A stretch of 64,000 nt of DNA from Macrostomum lignano (taxonomy: Eukaryota): positions 1-64,000 of the forward strand of contig NIVC01002890.1 of assembly GCA_002269645.1 (NCBI GenBank), read 5' to 3'. Made by a program: the position numbers and the translations under genes. The notes beneath the pieces are model-generated. The model saw nothing but the letters and a program-made list of their open reading frames with translations, ran no database searches and had not been told where the DNA came from. Below, in pieces: positions 61,275 through 64,000 of this stretch (the first letter of the stretch is position 1; every line of letters starts with the position of its first letter).

Positions 61275-61870
61275 GTGTATAGATCTTTAGATCTGTCACT
61301 TCTTTCCGTTTATAGATCCTCAGGTCTGTCACTTATTTCCGTCTATAGATCCTCAGGTCTGTCACTTATTTTTGTCTATAGATCCTCAGGTCTGTCACTT
61401 ATTTTCGTCTATAGATCCTTAGATCTGTCACTTATTTTCGTCTACAGATACTTAGACCTGTCCTTATTTCTGTTTATAGATCCTCAGATCTCACTTATTT
61501 CCGTCTATGGATCCTCAGATCTGTCGTCTATAGATCCTTAGATCTGTCACCTATTTCGGTCTATAGATCCTCAGATCTGTCACTTATTTTCGTCTACAGA
61601 TACTTAGATCTGTCACTTATTTTCGTCTACAGATACTTAGATCTGTCCTTATTTCTGTTTATAGATCCTCAGATCTCACTTATTTCCGTCTATGGATCCT
61701 CAGATCTGTCGTCTATAGATCCTTAGATCTGTCACTTATTTTTGTCTACAGATACTTAGATCCGTCACATTTTTGTCTACAGATACTTAGATCTGTCACT
61801 TATTTTCGTCTATAGATCCTCAGATCTGTCACTTATTTTTGTCTATAGATGCTTTAATTCCGTCTATAGA
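61275..61870. repeat. About 33-bp degenerate minisatellite (TATAGATCCTCAGATCTGTCACTTATTTTCGTC), about 18 copies
   Basis: Visible tandem array downstream of NKD. Confidence 0.9.
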
Positions 61871-62233
61871 TCCATCCACCCTTCCATTAGTCTAGTGATT
61901 AGTTCACTAAAACTGCCTTGGATGCACTGAGCCCCTTATTAGTTTGGTAAGCCGCAAGCGAGCCAACTCAGCTCCATCGCCAGAACAAAGTCATTTAGAT
62001 TTCCTCTCCCACGGGTTGCGCGGCTGATTATTTCACTAGCAGTCGAAATTAGCGCTAAAACCGAGAGGATTCTATACTAGGCTTAACTCTCTTCCTGCAC
62101 TTGGCACAATAATTGGTCCCATTATCCCGCAGTGCTCAGACTCGAGTCCAAAATCTGGGACAGCCGAGTGAGGGAGAGGGGGTGTGAGGCGATGTTGGAT
62201 AGCATTGATTTGGGATTCTGGGGGAAAACAATT

Positions 62234-62443
62234 TCACAAGCCCCCACTTCCGGGGCTTGCGGTCGGAGTCCCTGATTCCCGCTCTCCCAGCTCAGCCGGG
62301 ACGTCGGAAGCGGATAACATAATTCTACGCATCCCCCCGTCTGCTTTCCCCATATTTTTCAGGAAGCTGTTTGACGAAATGAAGAGTTGCGAGAAATTTT
62401 CGGTTACTTTTTCAAACTGCATTGATTTGCTATTCATATACTG
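62234..62443 (-). CDS. Possible terminal exon of a minus-strand gene extending beyond the window
   Basis: The minus strand has CCCTAACGGCCAG (branch-like CTAAC plus AG), then an open frame YMNSKSMQFEKVTENFSQLFISSNSFLKNMGKADGG...SPGSGGL*. A minisatellite lies just upstream, as in other introns here. No homology recognised. Confidence 0.3.
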   Translation of the reverse strand, partial: QYMNSKSMQFEKVTENFSQLFISSNSFLKNMGKADGGMRRIMLSASDVPAELGERESGTPTASPGSGGL

Positions 62444-62504
62444 GCCGTTAGGGTTAACAACTTCTAAGCTTGTGGAGTCCGAGCCGTGCAGATCTAATAG
62501 ATCT

Positions 62505-64000
62505 AAGGGATTTCAGATTCCGCATCTATATGGATGTCAGATGCCTCATCTATAGAGATGTCAGATGCCTCATCTATAGGGATGTCAGATGCCTCATCTA
62601 TAGAGATGTCAGATGCCTCATCTATAGAGATGTCAGATGCCTCATCTATATGGATGTCAGATGCCTCATCTATAGAGATGTCAGATGCCTCATCTATATG
62701 GATGTCAGATGCCTCATCTATAGAGATGTCAGATGCCTCATCTATATGGATGTCAGATGCCTCATCTATAGAGATGTCAGATGCCTCATCTATATGGATG
62801 TCAGATGCCTCATCTATAGGCATGTCAGATGCCTCATCTATAGAGATGTCAGATGCCTCATCTATAGGCATGTCAGATGCCTCATCTAAAAGCATGTCAG
62901 ATGCCTCATCTATAGGCATGTCAGATGCCTCATCTATAGGGATGTCAAATGCCTCATCTATAGAGATGTCAGATGCCTCATCTATAGGGATGTCAGATGC
63001 CTCATCTATAGAGATGTCAGATGCCTCATCTATATGGATGTCAGATGCCTCATCTATAGAGATGTCAGATTCCTCATCTATAGGGATGCCAAATGCCTCA
63101 TCTATAGGGATGTCAGATGTCTCATCTATATGGATGTCAGATGCCTCATCTATAGAGATGTCAGATGCCTCATCTATATGGATGTCAGATGCCTCATCTA
63201 TAGAGATGTCAGATGCCTCATCTATATGGATGTCAGATGCCTCATCTATAGAGATGTCAGATGCCTCATCTATAGAGATGTCAGATGCCTCATCTATAGA
63301 GATGTCAGATGCCTTATCTATAGGGATGTCAGATGCCTCGTCTATAGGGATGTCAAATGTCTCATCTATAGGGATGTCAAATATCTCATCTATAGGGATG
63401 CCAAATGTCTCATCTATAGAGATGTCAGATGCTTCATCTATAGAGATGTCAGATGCCTCATCTATAGAGATGTCAGATGCCTTATCTATAGGGATGTCAG
63501 ATGCCTCGTCTATAGGGATGTCAAATGTCTCATCTATAGGGATGTCAAATATCTCATCTATAGGGATGCCAAATGTCTCATCTATAGAGATGTCAGATGC
63601 TTCATCTATAGAGATGTCAGATGCCTCATCTATAGAGATGTCAGATGCCTCATCTATAGAGATGTCAGATGCTTCATCTATAGAGATGTCAGATGCCTCA
63701 TCTATAGAGATGTCAGATGCCTCATCTATAGAGATGTCAGATGCCTCATCTATAGAGATGTCAGATGCCTCATCTATATGGATGTCAAATGTCTCATCTA
63801 TAGAGATGTCAGATGCCTCATCTATAGAGATGTCAGATGCCTCATCTATAGAGATGTCAGATGCCTCATCTATATGGATGTCAAATGTCTCATCTATAGA
63901 GATGTCAGATGCCTCATCTATAGAGATGTCAGATGCCTCATCTATAGAGATGTCAGATTCCTCATCTATAGAGATGTCAGATGCCTCATCTATAGAGATG
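62505..64000. repeat. 24-bp minisatellite (ATCTATAGAGATGTCAGATGCCTC), more than 60 copies, runs off the window
   Basis: Visible tandem array with a 168-bp (7-unit) higher-order duplication at about 63310/63480. Confidence 0.97.

Noticed and set aside
62470-62919. ORFs IYRDVRCL and IDEASD as repeat proteins
   Set aside because: They are translations of the 24-bp array, with no start context or flanking exon support.
4262-64000. Tandem arrays as CRISPR arrays
   Set aside because: Units abut directly with no unique spacers, there are no cas genes, and the context is spliced eukaryotic genes.

Overview
This is eukaryotic (metazoan) genomic DNA with GC-rich exons, AT-rich introns and intergenic DNA, and GT-AG introns. 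It most resembles a free-living flatworm such as Macrostomum; that is an inference from style, not a database match. Nine protein-coding loci can be assembled: an IQCC-like gene, EXOSC6/MTR3, DHX38/PRP16 (7 exons), a non-alpha nicotinic-type Cys-loop channel, a minus-strand vWA + DUF4537-like (VWA3B-like) gene, CFAP44/WDR52 (15 exons), an orphan two-TM gene, KLHDC3 and naked cuticle (NKD). A possible last exon of a further minus-strand gene lies near the right edge. Many exons carry 1-nt indels, probably long-read errors. The dominant non-coding feature is about 20 minisatellite arrays (14-49 bp units), each with its own unit, mostly filling introns and often abutting splice sites. There are also a tRNA-derived CORE-SINE, a CCC...GGG EnSpm-like non-autonomous element, a mariner-type MITE and an 820-bp foldback element. 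The most interesting observations are: (1) 18 tandem, frame-preserving 5' splice donors that could give a variable-length DEVSL tract by donor choice; (2) two genes (IQCC-like, KLHDC3) with no genomic start codon but a phase-0 acceptor, as expected if the flatworm spliced-leader AUG supplies the initiator; (3) an operon-like IQCC-EXOSC6-DHX38 cluster; (4) a shared AGATCCTCAG core in otherwise unrelated arrays. No CRISPR array, rRNA or intact tRNA was found.
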